This document shows, piece by piece, positions 1-15,959 of a DNA stretch of 64,000 bases. The stretch's first letter is position 1. Each line of letters begins with the position of its first letter. The notes beneath the pieces were generated by a model. That model was given only the letters and a program-made list of their open reading frames with translations. It did no database searches and was not told the origin of the DNA. Source of the stretch: the human T2T-CHM13v2.0 reference genome, Homo sapiens; NCBI RefSeq assembly GCF_009914755.1, contig NC_060937.1, one strand, 5' to 3'. The translations under genes and the position numbers were made by a program.

Positions 1-3000
1 GGAACAAGAGATGTTTCAAAGCAGCTCTCCACAATCAACAGCCATGCATTCTCTCTTCACATATCTGACTTTTAACCTCTCAGAGACATGTTTTCTCATA
101 GAAGAATAAAGTTTTCTATGGTAGCTGAAACTTTTCTCTGCGTGTCTCAGCTCAGGTTATGTTGCCTAATTTAAATCACGAGAAATATGACCTCAGCTCA
201 TGCCTTCTATAGAACAAGTTAGCACACCAAGAACACATTCCCTTCTGCTGTATCTCTTATGCCCTGACTATGAATATAAATGAGCACAGCTTGTGTTTAA
301 ATGCATTTTACATCCTATTATAAATATCACACACATTTGAAATGTAGCATTCATGGACTATTTGATCATCAAACACTCTGGATTTCAGTCTATTTATAAA
401 TTACACCCATTACTGTGGAACATGTCATTAGTAAAACATATTAGAATGATAAGATGAGAGATGCATTCTTTACTATTGCATGCCTCCTCTGCCCTCCCTG
501 TGGTGGTAGTCTCTTTCCACATAATCATTTTCTTTAACAGATGTTACTGTTAGTAGTTTGCAGATGTAAATTATGTTGAAACATTAACATCTTTGGAATC
601 TTGGACTAATGTCCCTGACTCTGTGAAATAATCTATGTTAATAATAAACTCCTTCATAAGTCTAGTACCACCACAGAATTCTTCCCATACATTTCCTTCT
701 CTTGACTACCCTGACCACCATGCCTAGCCTGGTTCTCTCCCACCATGCATCATGTCAGATTCTAAGAAAATTTTCTCAGACTTCAAGAATCACTGAGTTT
801 CCTCTATCACGTTTTCCTCATAGGATCTTTATCCTTTTCTTTACATTATTTATTTTATCCAGTGTTTTTGTTTGCTTATGTATTTTCAAATTAATTGAAA
901 AACCTAAAAGAACACAAGCAAACGATTAAGTATGTTTTGGGTTCTGTTGTACTTGTTTGTAGAGTTCAGTGTTTTTCTGGGAGCTCAACATATGAGTACA
1001 TTTTACCTAATTTAGAACACAATCTTATCCTTGATTCAGAGATAAGATTATATAAACAAATAGGACAAAAGGAGCTGCTATTAAAAAGTTCAAGATTTGA
1101 TGTCCCTCTAAGGGGACACAGCAATAAAGACAATTTACAGCATGTACTTTTCACCAAAACATTTTTTAGTTGACATTTTTCTGCAAAACTACACATTTAT
1201 TTGTACTCTTTTGGACAACCTTGAGTTGAAAATTTCAAAGTAAAAAGAGCCAACTTGTAGCTACTAAAAAGTGGAGGAGGACTTCGCTACCAATTTAGCT
1301 TTGGTGATGGCCATAAGTTAGCTTGAGAGATGGAAGAATAAGGTGATTCAGCAGAGGGCTTTTTCTGCAACTACCCCTTCTTAGATAGCCTTTCTACTCT
1401 ACTTCAGTAGCATGCCCAATTGCCCTCCACCAAACATAAGGCCCAACAAAAATCATCCCAATTCACAATGCCTCAAAACACATATTTTAATATAGGATAT
1501 GCTGTTTCTATACTGTGTCTCAGAATGTACTCTTGCATTATATTTGCTACTGATAAAAGATCCTGTCCCCCACCCTCAATGTATACAAAGACAAAACACT
1601 TGAATACTATCCAGTTATTATGGCTGTTCTGTTGATGAATTTCAGCTTCACTCCTGTGGCTATAAACTTTCAGTGCCTCATAGTTTTAACAGAGAAACAA
1701 TGGCCTGAGTCAAACTATTATTTTTTTTCAGAAATAACATATAAGGCATATTAAATATTTATCTTGTCACCATAAAATAACAACCAAGAATTTAAAACAA
1801 TACAAATTACTTTTTTAGACAGAAGACTGCAAACACAATATGTCTCAAAATATTTTACAACACTATTAGTAACTGATCAGGAGTCTTTATATCTTATCAT
1901 CTAATGGCCTTTAATAACAATCACATAATTGATCAAGCATTGAAGATTCAATTACTTTTCAGACAGATATGCATGTGACAACCATACGTTTATTTGATTT
2001 TCCTTCAGAGAGAAATGGCATTTTGAAACTCAAATATTCATATATAATGTAATTGTAGACAATATAAAAATGACTTGGCCTATGTCATTATTTGGAATAA
2101 AAACTTTTTATTTTATAAAATCTTTTCTTTTGTATCTCAAAATAATTCTGATCAAACCCTAATTAATATGGAAAGACATCTTCCAATTAATGCAGGTAGC
2201 AAAAAACAATCTGAATCAGGAAAAATGAAAGCCTTAAAAATTTATGGGATTAGTGCTGAGTGAATGCACCATAAATTTGTCAAGATTTTACACAATAAGC
2301 ATGCTAAAACAGTCTACTGAGACTGAAAGTAGACATCAACAAAGAAGCATATCACGTAGGTAAGGGATTCTGAGATTTAAACACCTTTTTGATTTATACC
2401 CCTTGACTACTCATAAATAGATACTTCACCAGTCCACCCTCATGAGGTAGGTCTTATTTAAACACATTGATTTGAACTTCAGCTAAACATTTTTTGCAAT
2501 TATAATGTCGTTGAATATCCATGCTAATGTCTCTTGAATATCCATGCTAATGGAGGAGAGCTTGGGCAGATAAGAGAAAACTATAGTTCATTCAAACCAC
2601 AAATCAAATTTTGTTTTAATCAGGATGCTGAAAACTTATTTACCAGTCTAGGGAAGATACCTTAGTACAGTCTATTTATCTTGCACCAGGGAGTGAATTT
2701 CTGTTATAGTCATCTTCATATGACTATCAACTGAATATACTGACTAAATACCTTTAACTTGAAAGTACTTTTTATAGGTAAGACATGCACATAGTTGATT
2801 TTATTTATTGTTCAAGGAGAGAACTATTAAATAAATCATCCTATGTATGAAGCATGTCTTAGTCTGTCAGTTTGACAGTATAATAAAACAACTCAATCAG
2901 TAATAATAATTATAATTCATCTGAAATACTAAAGCAGCTTTTATATTTCTTAGAATCAAATGTTTAAATGTATTCAATTTAATTTACAAAGAATGTCATT

Positions 3001-4684
3001 TAAAATATGGTCTACTAGGTTTATATTATTAACATTTTATATGTAACATATAATACTCTTGAAAAAATTAGTGGTAATAAATTTACATAGATGGATAAAT
3101 AGATAGACAGGCATAGACACTAAGTTAAACAGTAATATACATGGGAATGTATACTGACACATCTAGATTTGTGAGTCTTTGAACCTCAAAAATCCATAAT
3201 GTAATTTGTATAGAGAAAATGGAGTCTGCAAAGAAGAGATTAGTAAACAGGCACCTGGAGACAGAGTGAATCAATGTGACATCTTTTTCACATAGAATAG
3301 TTCTGAACCCCAGCAAGACAGATTTTATAAAAACAAAACCTCCATAAGGTGACATAATATGAAGTCCCCGACTCATATACCCCTACAGCAACAGTAATTC
3401 TGCAACCATCTCCCACCAAAAGTGACTTTGTAGGAGCTTTGGGATCCAGGTAGGAGGTTGAAAAACCCCAGTAAAGTCATACACAAAAAAGGGCCATTTT
3501 GAGAAGGCAATCCCACATCCAGCTGGCAGGCTCAATGACTGTGGTCTTGGCTACAGATCTAGACACAGAAACTTCCCCTGTTCCTCAGCTACAGCACTGT
3601 TTGGCCTTTGCCACCAGCACCATCCACCAAGGGACTAGGGAGGACCCATGCACAATCATACCCCAGTTAATAGTGTCACTGAACCTGGTATGAGCTGAGG
3701 AACCTGAAGCAGCCTATGAACTGGCTCCAGCTCCTCTCAGTAGCAGTCTGGATGCAGTCCTGCCTGCCTATAGATCTGCCAGGAGACAAACTTATTCACG
3801 TCCCTAGAGGCAGGCCTACAGAATTCAGTCTCACTCCAGATTCTGACATAGCCCTGTGCCTCAGTTTCAGTTCCTCTCAGCTATGTTCTGAGAAAAATCC
3901 TTTCTGCCTGGGGATATACTGAGTGACATGCACATTCATACTCTCAGAGGAGACCTGCCAACCTTGTCCTGAAGCAATGCTGTTACCTTGCTCCAGCTCC
4001 ACTTGGCCATGGTCCAGGAATAATCCTGCCTGCCCAGGAATCTGGCAGAAGGCATGCCCATCCATGCTCTTGAAGGCAGGCCTGCAGATACTGGTCTTAG
4101 CTCTGGGCCCTCAAGCAGCCCTGTGATTCTGTTCCAGTCTCTCTCAGCAGTGGTTTGGAGCCAATCCTACCCCAGGGGCATGCCCAATGACCTGGTGGGA
4201 GTACTCTTGGGGACTCATTGGAAGCGATTACTAGATGCATATCTGGCAACAGGTCCACCATCTATGAACCTTGAAAGAAACTCTCATCCCAGTGCCAGAG
4301 AACTGATTAAGGTCCTGGAGGCAGTGTAGTTGGTCCAGGGACAATGCAAGATCCACTCCCACTGGGGCCCTTGTAACAGGCCTACCAACCACAGAGCCCA
4401 CTATTGGGCCAAGCAGCAGCCACGTGATTCAGCCCCAACCTTACTCAACTGCAAACCCAGAGGCAATCTCATCAGCTATGGATCCAACAGGAGAAGAGCT
4501 TTACTTGCTGAAAATAGTCTGTAAAAACTGGAAGAGGTGTTTGTTCCTTCAAATGCACAGACACCAATGCAAGACTACATAGATTATAAAGAATCAAGAA
4601 AACATGACAGCACTAAAGGAAACTAATAAAGCTCCAGTAACCAACTAAAAACAAATGTAATTGCCTGATAAATAATTCAAAACA

Positions 4685-4838
4685 GGCTGGGCACAGTGGT
4701 TCACACCTGTAATCCCAGCAATTTGGGAGGCCAAAGCGGGTGGATCACCTGAGGTCAGGAGTTTGAGACCAGCCTGGCCAACATGGTGAAACCCTGTCTC
4801 TACTAAAGCCTGGGCAACAAGAGCAAAACTCCATCTCA

Positions 4839-4871
<33 letters not shown>
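4685..4871 (+). mobile_element. AluS (Sq/Sp-like), most of right arm deleted, (AAT)n tail
   Basis: Left arm to TACTAAA joins directly to GCCTGGGCAACAAGAGCAAAACTCCATCTC. TSD AATAATTCAAAACA. Confidence 0.9.
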
Positions 4872-4872
<1 letters not shown>

Positions 4873-5356
4873 GTTCAAAACAGACATCTTACAAAAGCTA
4901 ACTGAGATGCCAGAAAAGATAATAATAATAATAATTCAAAACAGACATCTTACAAAAGCTAACTGAGATGCCAGAAAAGACAGATAAGCAACTAAACAAA
5001 ACTGGAAAAACAATGCATGAACAATATTAGAAGTTTAATAAAGAAATAGAGACCAGAAAGATAACCAAACAAATTCTGGAGTTGAAAAATATAATAAAAG
5101 AACTAAAAAAACATCAATATAGAACTTCAATATCAGACTCAGTTGTGTAGGAAAAGAATCAACAACCTGAAAAAAAAAAAAAAGTCATTTGAAATTAGCA
5201 AGTTAGGGAAACATATAGAAAAAAAAAAACAAAAAAAAGTGAAGAAAATGCACAGGTGCCATGAAACATTGTCAAGTGAATGAATATACAGCTTGTAAAA
5301 TTTTCAGAAGGAGAAGAGAAATAAAAAGGTAAGATTGATTATTTTGAAAAATAATG

Positions 5357-5497
<141 letters not shown>

Positions 5498-5892
5498 CTA
5501 ACTCCCAAATCTTGGGGAAAATATCAGTCTCCAGGTTCATGAATCTCAAAGGACACATGCAAGACAAATCTAAAGATTACATCTAGACATATAGTAATCA
5601 ACTTATCAAAAGTTAGAATTTTAAAAGCAGCAGTAGAAAAGCAACTCATCACAGAAAAGGGAACCCCCTTAAAGCTATCAGTGGATTTTTTGGCAGAAAT
5701 TTTGCAGGCAACAAAGGAATAGAATTGTATATTCAAAGTCCTGAAGAAAAAAGAAAAAAAAAATGCCAACCCAAAATAAAATACCTGACAAAGCTGTCCT
5801 TAAGAAATAAGAGAGAGATGCAGACCTTCCCAGACAAGCAAAACCTAATGTAATTGTCACCACTAGACTTGCCTTATAAGAAGTACAAATGG

Positions 5893-6379
<487 letters not shown>

Positions 6380-6977
6380 CTATAGCTTGAATAATGGATA
6401 TACAACACAAAAATATTTTATAATATTTTAATGGATACACAATATAAAAATATATAAAGTGTGTCATCAATAGCATAAAATGTTAGAGGAGGAGTAAAAT
6501 TGTAGCATTTTATATGCAAATGAAGTTGTTATCATCTTAAAATAGTCTAATAACTATATTTTATATAAACTCCATGGTATTCATACAAAAAAAAAAAAAA
6601 CAGCCTGTAGGCAATCACAAAATATAGAGAGAAAGGAATCTAAGCTTTTACTAAAAAATTTAACAAACTACAACAAAGGCATTAAGAGAGGAAAAAGGAA
6701 CTACAAATAGTCAGAAAACATTAACAAAATGGCAATATTAATATAACTGATATTCTTACCTATCAATAATACATTTAAATGTAAATGGATTAAATTCCTT
6801 AATCAAAGCACACAGAGATCTGCATAACAAAACAAGATGCAACAATATACTGCATATAAGTAGCTTGCTTTAGCTTTAAGGACACATATAGGATGAAAAT
6901 GAAGGGATAGAAAAAGGTGTTCTATACGAATGGTAACTAAATTAGAGAAGGATTTGCTATATTTAGACAGAGTAGAC

Positions 6978-7350
6978 TGTCTTAGAATATCTGTGCTACT
7001 GTAGGAAAGGTCATTAACTGGGTAAGTTATAAACAACAGAAATATATTTCTTATGATTCTAGAAGCTGGGAATTCTAAAAGTTGCTGGAAAATTTAGTGT
7101 ATGGTAAGGGCCCACTTTCTGGTTCATACATGGTGCCTTCTAGCTGTGTTCTCACATAGTGGAGAAGGGACAACACAGCTCTCTGGGGCCATTTTTATAA
7201 GAACACTAATCTTATTCATGAGGGATACACTTATTACTGCCCTCATATACTTACTACTTTCCAACAACTCCACCTCATTATACCTCCATATTATTGATTA
7301 GAATTTAATGTGTGAATTTGGAGGAAGACACAGATATTCAGACCATAGCA
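6978..7350 (-). mobile_element. MaLR solo LTR (MSTD/MLT1A-like) inserted in L1 ORF2
   Basis: Starts TGTCTTAG and ends ATTCAGACCATAGCA (reverse complement of TGCTATGGTCTGAAT). L1 sequence resumes on both sides. Confidence 0.8.
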
Positions 7351-8084
7351 CAGGTCATCAGTCAAAATCTGTTACAAAAGACAGGGTCACTATTTAATAG
7401 CTTTATTAGGCTGTTCTTGCATTTCTATACACTAACAATTAACTATTAGAAAAAGAAATGTAAAAATAATACCATTTACAATAGCATCAAAATTAGTAAA
7501 ATATCTAGGAACACATTTAACTAAGAGGGTCAAACAGCTGTACAATTTAGGACATTGGTGAAAAAAAAATTGGAAATGACATAAATAAATGGAAAGATGT
7601 CTTACGTTCATAGATTGGAAGTATGAATATTGTTAAAATATCCTTATTCCCTAAAGCTATCTAAAGAGTTAGCACATTCCCTTTAAAAAAAAAACCCAAA
7701 GGCATTTTTCACAGAAATAGAAAAAAATTATAAAACGTGTATGGAATCACAAAAGACCCTTAATAGCCAAAGCAATCTTGAAAAAGAAGGCCAAACTGTA
7801 AATATCACACTGCTTATTTCAAACTACTACATACCCATAGTAATCAAAACAGCATGGTACGGGCACAAAAGCAGACATATAGACAAAAGCCACACAATAT
7901 CAGACCCAGAAACATCCCACACATATACAGTTAACTAATCTTTAATAAGGGTTCCAAGAATACGCATTGTTGTAAGGATAGTGCCTTCATTAATTTGTGA
8001 GAAGAAACTGGTTATTCACTTGAAAAATAATGAAACTGGACCCTTATCTTACACCATACACATAAATTAGATCGAATTAAATGT

Positions 8085-8393
8085 GACCAGGCACAGTGGC
8101 TCGTGCGTGTAATCCCAGCAATTTGGGAGGCCATGATCAGAGGATCACTTGAGCCCAGCAATTCAAGATCAGCCTAGGCAAGATCGTGAGACCTTGTCTT
8201 TACAAAAAATTTTAAAAAGTAGTCTGGCGTGGTGGCCCATGCCTGTCGTCCCAGCTATTCAGGAGGTTGAGGTAGGAGGATTGCTTGAGACTGGGAGGTT
8301 GAGGCTGCAGTGAGCCTAGATTGCATCGCTGTACTCTAGCTGCAATGTGGACTCTGTCTCAAAACAAAAACAAAACAAAAACAACAACAACAA
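8085..8393 (+). mobile_element. AluJ
   Basis: GGATCACTTGAGCCCAG diagnostics, (CAAAA/CAA)n tail, TSD GA(A/G)TTAAATGT. Confidence 0.92.
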
Positions 8394-8674
8394 GAAGAGT
8401 TAAATGTAAGATTTGAAACTGTAAAACTCCCAAAAGAAAACATAGGAGGAAAGATTTTTAACAGTGGTTGTAGCAATGATTTCCTGTAGATGATATGGAA
8501 AGCACAGGCAAGAGAAGCAAAAATAAACAAGTGGGACTGTATAAAACTAAAGAAAGCTTCTGCACAGCAGAGAAAAGAAGCAACAAAATGCAAAGGCAAC
8601 CTGAAAATTGGGAGAAAGTATTTGCAAACCATGTATCCAGTAAGAGGCTAATATTGAAATATATAAGAAACTCT

Positions 8675-9157
<483 letters not shown>

Positions 9158-9648
9158 TTACTGCATACCTGTTAGGATGGCTATTATCAAAAAGACAAGA
9201 GATAATAGGTGTCAGCCAGGATGTGGAGAAAAGAGAACCCTCGTACACTCTTGGTGTACACTCGGGTGAAAATGTAAATTGGTACACCTATTATAAAAAA
9301 CAGCATGGATGTTTCTAAATAATTAAAAATATAACTATTATTTAATCCAGCAATATCACTTCTGGGCATACATGCAAAGAAAATGAATGTAATATGTTGA
9401 AGAAATACCTGCATTTCCATATTTATTGCAGCATTTTTCTTATTAGCCAAGATGTAGAATAAATTTGTATAAATAATACAACTATGTTAGGTGATGGATG
9501 TGTTAATTAACTTGATTGTGGTAATCATTTCATAATGTATAGATATATCAAACCACCACATTGTATACCTTAAATCCATCAATAAAACTGAAAGAATTTT
9601 AAAAAAAGAAACAAAATTTAAAAACAGGTGGGTCAACCAGGGGATGAA

Positions 9649-9802
9649 TCTTCCTTCCTTCCTTCCTTCCTTCCTTCCTTTCCTTCCTTCCTTTTCTTCT
9701 TTCCTTCCTTATTTCCTTCCTTATTTTCTTCTTTCCTTCCTTATTTCCTTCCCTCCTTCCTTCCTTCCTTATTTCCTTCCTTTCCTTCCTTCCTTTCTTT
9801 TT

Positions 9803-9835
<33 letters not shown>

Positions 9836-9968
9836 CTTTTTCTTTCTCTTTCTTTTTCTTTCTTTTCTTTCTACTTTCTTTTCTTTTTTACTTTCATCTA
9901 TTTCATCTTCTTTTCTTTTTTACTTTCATCTATTTCATCTATTTCATCTATTCTCTTTTATACTTTTC
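9649..9968. repeat. Compound polypyrimidine microsatellite (CCTT)n-(CTTT)n-(TTTCATCTA)n
   Basis: Read directly: ~320 bp that is almost all C/T on the + strand. Confidence 0.95.
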
Positions 9969-10468
9969 ATGAGAATTCATAGGATAATTGCGAAACATGT
10001 AAAGCAGAGAGGATTTTTTTTTCTTTTTACAACAAATAGAAAAAACAGGTGATGCCATTTGGGCTTCTTCAGCCTCAGGAACTCAATTTCTCTTTTCAAG
10101 GATACAGGTGGCAGTGAAAGGAGGAAAGGATCAACACTCATTTTCAAAAGCCCATGTCAGTAGTTGATATTACAAAGTAGAGTAAAATGAAAGAAAGACA
10201 ATACAATTTAAAATATTATTTCTAATTATACGTGATATTCCCTGAAAGACTACTAAAAATGATACAGGAGAAAGGACTTTTAATGGGTTTTGAGTTACTG
10301 TGTTATGTAGGTAGAAGAAAAGAGGCAGTTAATTTGGAGATATTGTTATTTTTATGTGTAAACATAACTCTATTAGGTCTACACACACACACACCTGCGT
10401 GTATGTGTGTGTGTGTCTCTGAAATGTACATTCAGATGTCTTTATTGACTTTGTGACAATTATAATAA

Positions 10469-10838
<370 letters not shown>

Positions 10839-10862
10839 GAGTATATTTCTTTATACTGAAAG

Positions 10863-11982
10863 TATTAGTTTGCTAGGGTTACTGTAACAAAGTACCACAG
10901 ATTGTGTAAAATGAACAATATAATTTTTTTCTCACAGTTCTTGAGGCTAAAAGTATGAGAACAAGCTGTCAGCAGGTTGGTTACCTCTGAGGGCTATGAG
11001 AGAAGAATCTATTCTAGATCTCTCTCCTTGGCTTGATTGCCATCTTTTTTTGTGTCTTTACATAGTCTTACCTCTGTAGGTGTATTCAGTCATTCCCACT
11101 TATCCATAGTCTCAATTTTCACAGTTTTAATTATCTATAGCCATCTACAGCCCAAAAATATTAACTGGAATATTCCAGAAACAAACAAGTTATAAGTTTT
11201 ACATTATGCTCTGTTGTGATTTGTGTAATAAAATCTGGTCCCATACCACTCTGTCCCTCCTGGAACATGAATTATCCCTTTGTCCAGCATAACTCTGCTA
11301 TGTACCCTACCTGCCTATTAGTTGGTGAAATTGTCTGCTCATGGCATCTAACCATCAACGTCTTCATGGCTCAATGATCCAGGATTACCGGAAGCAGATA
11401 ATTCCCCTTCTGACATATTTCAGAAGGTTAATAGTAGCTTAATATTATGTTACAATATCTAAGTCATTCATATCATTTCATTTCATTATGTAGGAATTTT
11501 ATCATCTAACACTATCACAAGAAGGATGATGGTAGTACAAAATATCTCAAAAAAGATATTTTGAGAGAAAGACCACATTCACATAATTTTTATTATAGTT
11601 TTTTATAATTTGTTCTCTTTCATTATTAGTTATTGTTAATCTTTTACTATACCTAATTTTAAAAATAATCTATATCATAGGTATTTATAGGAGAAAACAG
11701 TACATATAGGATTCTCTACTGTCCATAATTTCAGGCATCCATGGTGGGTCTTAGAATGTATACCCTGTGAGTAAAGGAAAACTAAATTCAAATTTTCTCT
11801 TTTGTAAATTCAAATTAGTAAATTGAAATTTCCTCTTCTTAGAGAACACCAGTCATGTTGGATAAAGGTGCTCCTAGTGAATTCATGTTAGCTTAGTTAT
11901 CCTTGTAAAAACCTTTTCTGCAAAAACATTCTGAGGTGATGAGGGTTAGGAATTTTGTGGGGGACACAACTTGCCCATAATA
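10863..11982 (-). mobile_element. MLT1B/C-like MaLR LTR split by MER44
   Basis: TATTAGTTTGCTAGGGTTACTGTAACAAAGTACCACAGA at 10863-11086, resuming ~11790-11982 (GGGGACACAACTTGCCCATAA). Confidence 0.75.
11087..11785 (+). mobile_element. MER44 (Tigger7-derived, MER44C/D-sized) DNA transposon
   Basis: Degenerate terminus CAGTCATTCCCACTTATCC; internal AATATTCCAGAAACAAACAA; end TTTCAGGCATCCATGGTGGGTCTTAGAATGTATACCC; ~700 bp. Confidence 0.75.
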
Positions 11983-13999
11983 GTGAATTATTATTTTTAT
12001 CTTCTAAATGATGATGTTAGTTTCAATTTTTTTAACTTAGGAATGTGTTGACATTATCTGCTTAGTAGGGTTGGATGGCAGGAAGTAAAGGAAAACCATT
12101 TCTCAGAATGTTTCTTATATAACTTGCTTTTAATAAAGTATCTATTTTATTTTCATTGGCTGAATCTAAATCTATACCTTGAGTTAGTCTTTTATAATAT
12201 GCTGAAGATATGTGACCTGTGAAAGTCCTCCTAAGAACATCATCCATATTTTTACTTAACATTTTTTTCTGTTTATGTTTAAAAAAGAATCGCTTTCCAC
12301 ACACACAGCATCTTAGAAAAACACCTTTCAAAACAGTTAGTAGACTGATTGTTTTTGCTTGACTTGCTCAGAGTTCAATGCTGTTCACAGTAATAACTCT
12401 GGCTTTTGATAAGCAGTTTAAACATGAATCAAAGAGGCTGTAAATGAGTCAAAGAGCATCAGGACTGTTTTTAACTACAAATGAGATGTCTAGAAAATGC
12501 TTGTCAATACACTGAAGCTGCCAAGTGTAGTTGCTGATTTATGACATCACTGCCAACAGCCCTGCATCTTAGAAATTTGGGTCCCAAGAATACAAATAAA
12601 CTAGTTTGAGGGAAGTTGAGGATGGTTTCCATAGGCTGAGAAAGAAATGTATTTTGCTATTTTGAGTATAAAATCTTGAAAAGATAATGGTTATATAAAA
12701 TTATATTTTGTATAAGATTTCATTATTTTCAAAGTAGTTTTCTTATCTGATACTAAATTGAGTTAGCATCAAATAAGACACTAAGTTAAACCTTAAAAAG
12801 CCTTATATAGGATTGCTTATTTTGAAGTTAAATAAAAATTCTGAATATCTCATGTAAATTCAGGCTCTAGCATTTACTCACTTTGAAAACTCAGTGGCTT
12901 CCTTTTCCTTTGTATCTAATATTTATTTTATTATTCTTTTCTGAAAAAATTAAGACATGGGGATAAATAAATTGAAGTTCTCTTACAATCTAATACAATA
13001 TTGTTATTCAATATTTCGGATGTCTCTATTAGGAATGGCACAATAAACAGAGATAACTGAAAAAAATGTAAATAAACCGAATAGAGTTCATAAACTACCC
13101 TATTGATTCAATGCCCCAAAGAGTTATCTGCTTTTCCTATGCATTGTAATATAGAAGGCCACCAACACTGAGACTTCAGTTGAAAATTTGTAGTCATCAA
13201 CATTTCAAAAAGTGTGAACCGTAGTTGTGCATCAATATTCAAAAGCCTACAGAAAAAAAAAAAAAGTAACACTGCAGCTTTTTACTTTGTAGGGAAAGAA
13301 ACCATTTTCATGTTCACCCAAAATGACTTGGCAAGAACCCATTGCTCTATTTCACTCAATCCTGGGCTCTGGTAATTTTGAGGATTTTAAAATTCTTCTT
13401 CTCTTGAAATGAGAACACTGAACATCCTGTGGACCTTAAACTTTTTGGTGTTCTGTTCTCTAAAGCACCAAACAAGAGATCCAGTTGAAATTATGTTATT
13501 CTTGCAGAGATGAGTATTAGCCATAATGGCAGAGGAAGAGTGAATTGCAAATGGATTCTCATGGGTTGAGCACAAATAAGTTCATATTAACTGATCATAT
13601 AAAATTGGTGATGTGTGAGATCACTAACATCAAGAGGTTGGTATATCATAGGAAACTTTTTATTTCATCTCATAATATACTCTTCTTATAACCATATACT
13701 CAGTAAACAATTGGTTTGGTATAATTATTACTGAGACGTTAAAAGCAAAAGTGTAAAATTTTAAAACGTACCTTATTTCATAACATAAAATAAGCCATGA
13801 AAATATTAATCTTATGAAACCTCTCCCTCACATATATTGACAGATAAATCTGCATCTCTGTCTCTATCATCTCTATCTCTGTCTATACCTATTAAATTTC
13901 TGTCTATAGGTATAGGTATAACATGCCATTATGGTTTGTTTGACTAAGAATTGGAATCCTAAGTTCTTCTCTTTCCCAACAGTCATATTTTTAGGCAGA

Positions 14000-14190
14000 A
14001 TGTGTAGAAGCTGAAAATAGATCCCCCTTCCTAACTGTGTGTCACATTGGCAAGTTTTACAATTTAAAAGTAGGGAAAATGTTAAACCACCCTAACAACA
14101 TGGTTGTGGCAATTGAAAGATATTATATATGTAAAATATTTAAAATAAATCTTAGCATGAGTATTAGGCTCAATAATTAGTGATTACGAG
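14000..14190 (+). mobile_element. MIR fragment
   Basis: Degenerate MIR core and 3' end (CTAACTGTGTG...GGTTGTGGCAATTGAAAGATATTATATATGTAAAATATTTA...CTCAATAA). Confidence 0.6.
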
Positions 14191-15344
14191 AATAATTATG
14201 ATTATGATGCTAATTCTTGTTTCTCTGCTGTAAACAAATAGGATTATTCATGCTTACATAAAATCTTCTGGTTTTAATTTTTTGGTTATAGATTTAGTTT
14301 TTAATGACAATCCTTCAGGTAAAAGAAAATACATCCTTTTATAAGTCATAAATATGGCTAATATATAGAAAAACCACAAAAGGAGTCTGTATGTCTTGAT
14401 CATCAATACACCACTTTTTCTTCTCACTAAACAGTTGGTAAAAAGTTAAAAGCATCCTCTATCTTTGTAGTAAATTAGAAACGTAAAGTGATGCACTTGA
14501 AATTATTGCCTTGGTGCCTGAAATTGTTTAAAAATAATTGAGGAAATATTGTGGAATTGCATTCAGTTGGAATTAGGCTTCATCTTCTGGTGACTCACTT
14601 GACACAAACATATTATCTCAGAATTCGCCTTTGCTATTGTTTTCCTTTGCCAAACTCTGTTCACTGAAGAAATAATAAGCATAACAGCGCAGCAATATCT
14701 TTAAAAGAATGGTTACATAATAAGTAGTCAACTAGTATACATTTGAAAACCTTGTTAGCCTATGTTGTGATACTAAAGCTTTTGAAACATAAATTAATAA
14801 GGTATAAATGAATATTTTGTAGTGATAGATGATACAGAAATCCTGTGGTATTTCTCAATCTTTTTTCTATATGCATGCTAGTAGAAGTTCCTTAAACCCT
14901 AAAGACAATTAGCACTTCTCTCTTAAAGACTTACAAAACTTAAATGTGTTATTACTTGTAAAGTGCTTTAAAATGCACAGTAGGGACTCAGCAAATTGTA
15001 AGGGCTCAACGTAATTTTTGAAATAATGATTATTGTTATGATGATTATTATACAAATTCTTATGTATATTATACCTGGACTTATACTTAACTTTATGTAT
15101 CAGCTATTCAAATGTATCAGTCTCAGCTTCAGCCAAAAACAAAACAAAAGATAACATTTTATTACAGGACACTTTATTATTTTTACATACCTTTCATGAG
15201 GATCTCTCAGAAATAAAAAGTGCAGGAAGTGATACTATTTGAGCATTCTAGTTGAAGTGAAGTCATTGGAGATTTCTACTTCAATTGACATAACAGAGAT
15301 AACACTTCACAAAAGAGTACACTCTTACTAACACAGCCTGTTAG

Positions 15345-15656
<312 letters not shown>

Positions 15657-15959
15657 AAAATTTTTAAGAGAGAATATTTGAGAAAAGTGTTTTAGTGATT
15701 TTTATTTTTCTGTTTCCGCCATTGAATGCTGCAGTAATTTAAGGTGAAACCAAAAAGAGAAGTTTTGCAGTAGAGATATGTCATCTTGTTTCTGTTCAGC
15801 TTATCATTCTTCCATGTTACTACCTGCTAGCAACACTAGTGTACCAGTTTCTGACTGCCTTGTTATAAAATGCTACCATGTACCAGTGTGCATCTTACTA
15901 TTGCTGGCGTGCTGGCTATAGTTTTAAAAAGATAGCTCTCTTCTTGAATTCACAATGTC

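Noticed and set aside
9628-9982. 114-aa and 112-aa F/S/L/P-rich ORFs
   Set aside because: They are translations of the pyrimidine microsatellite.
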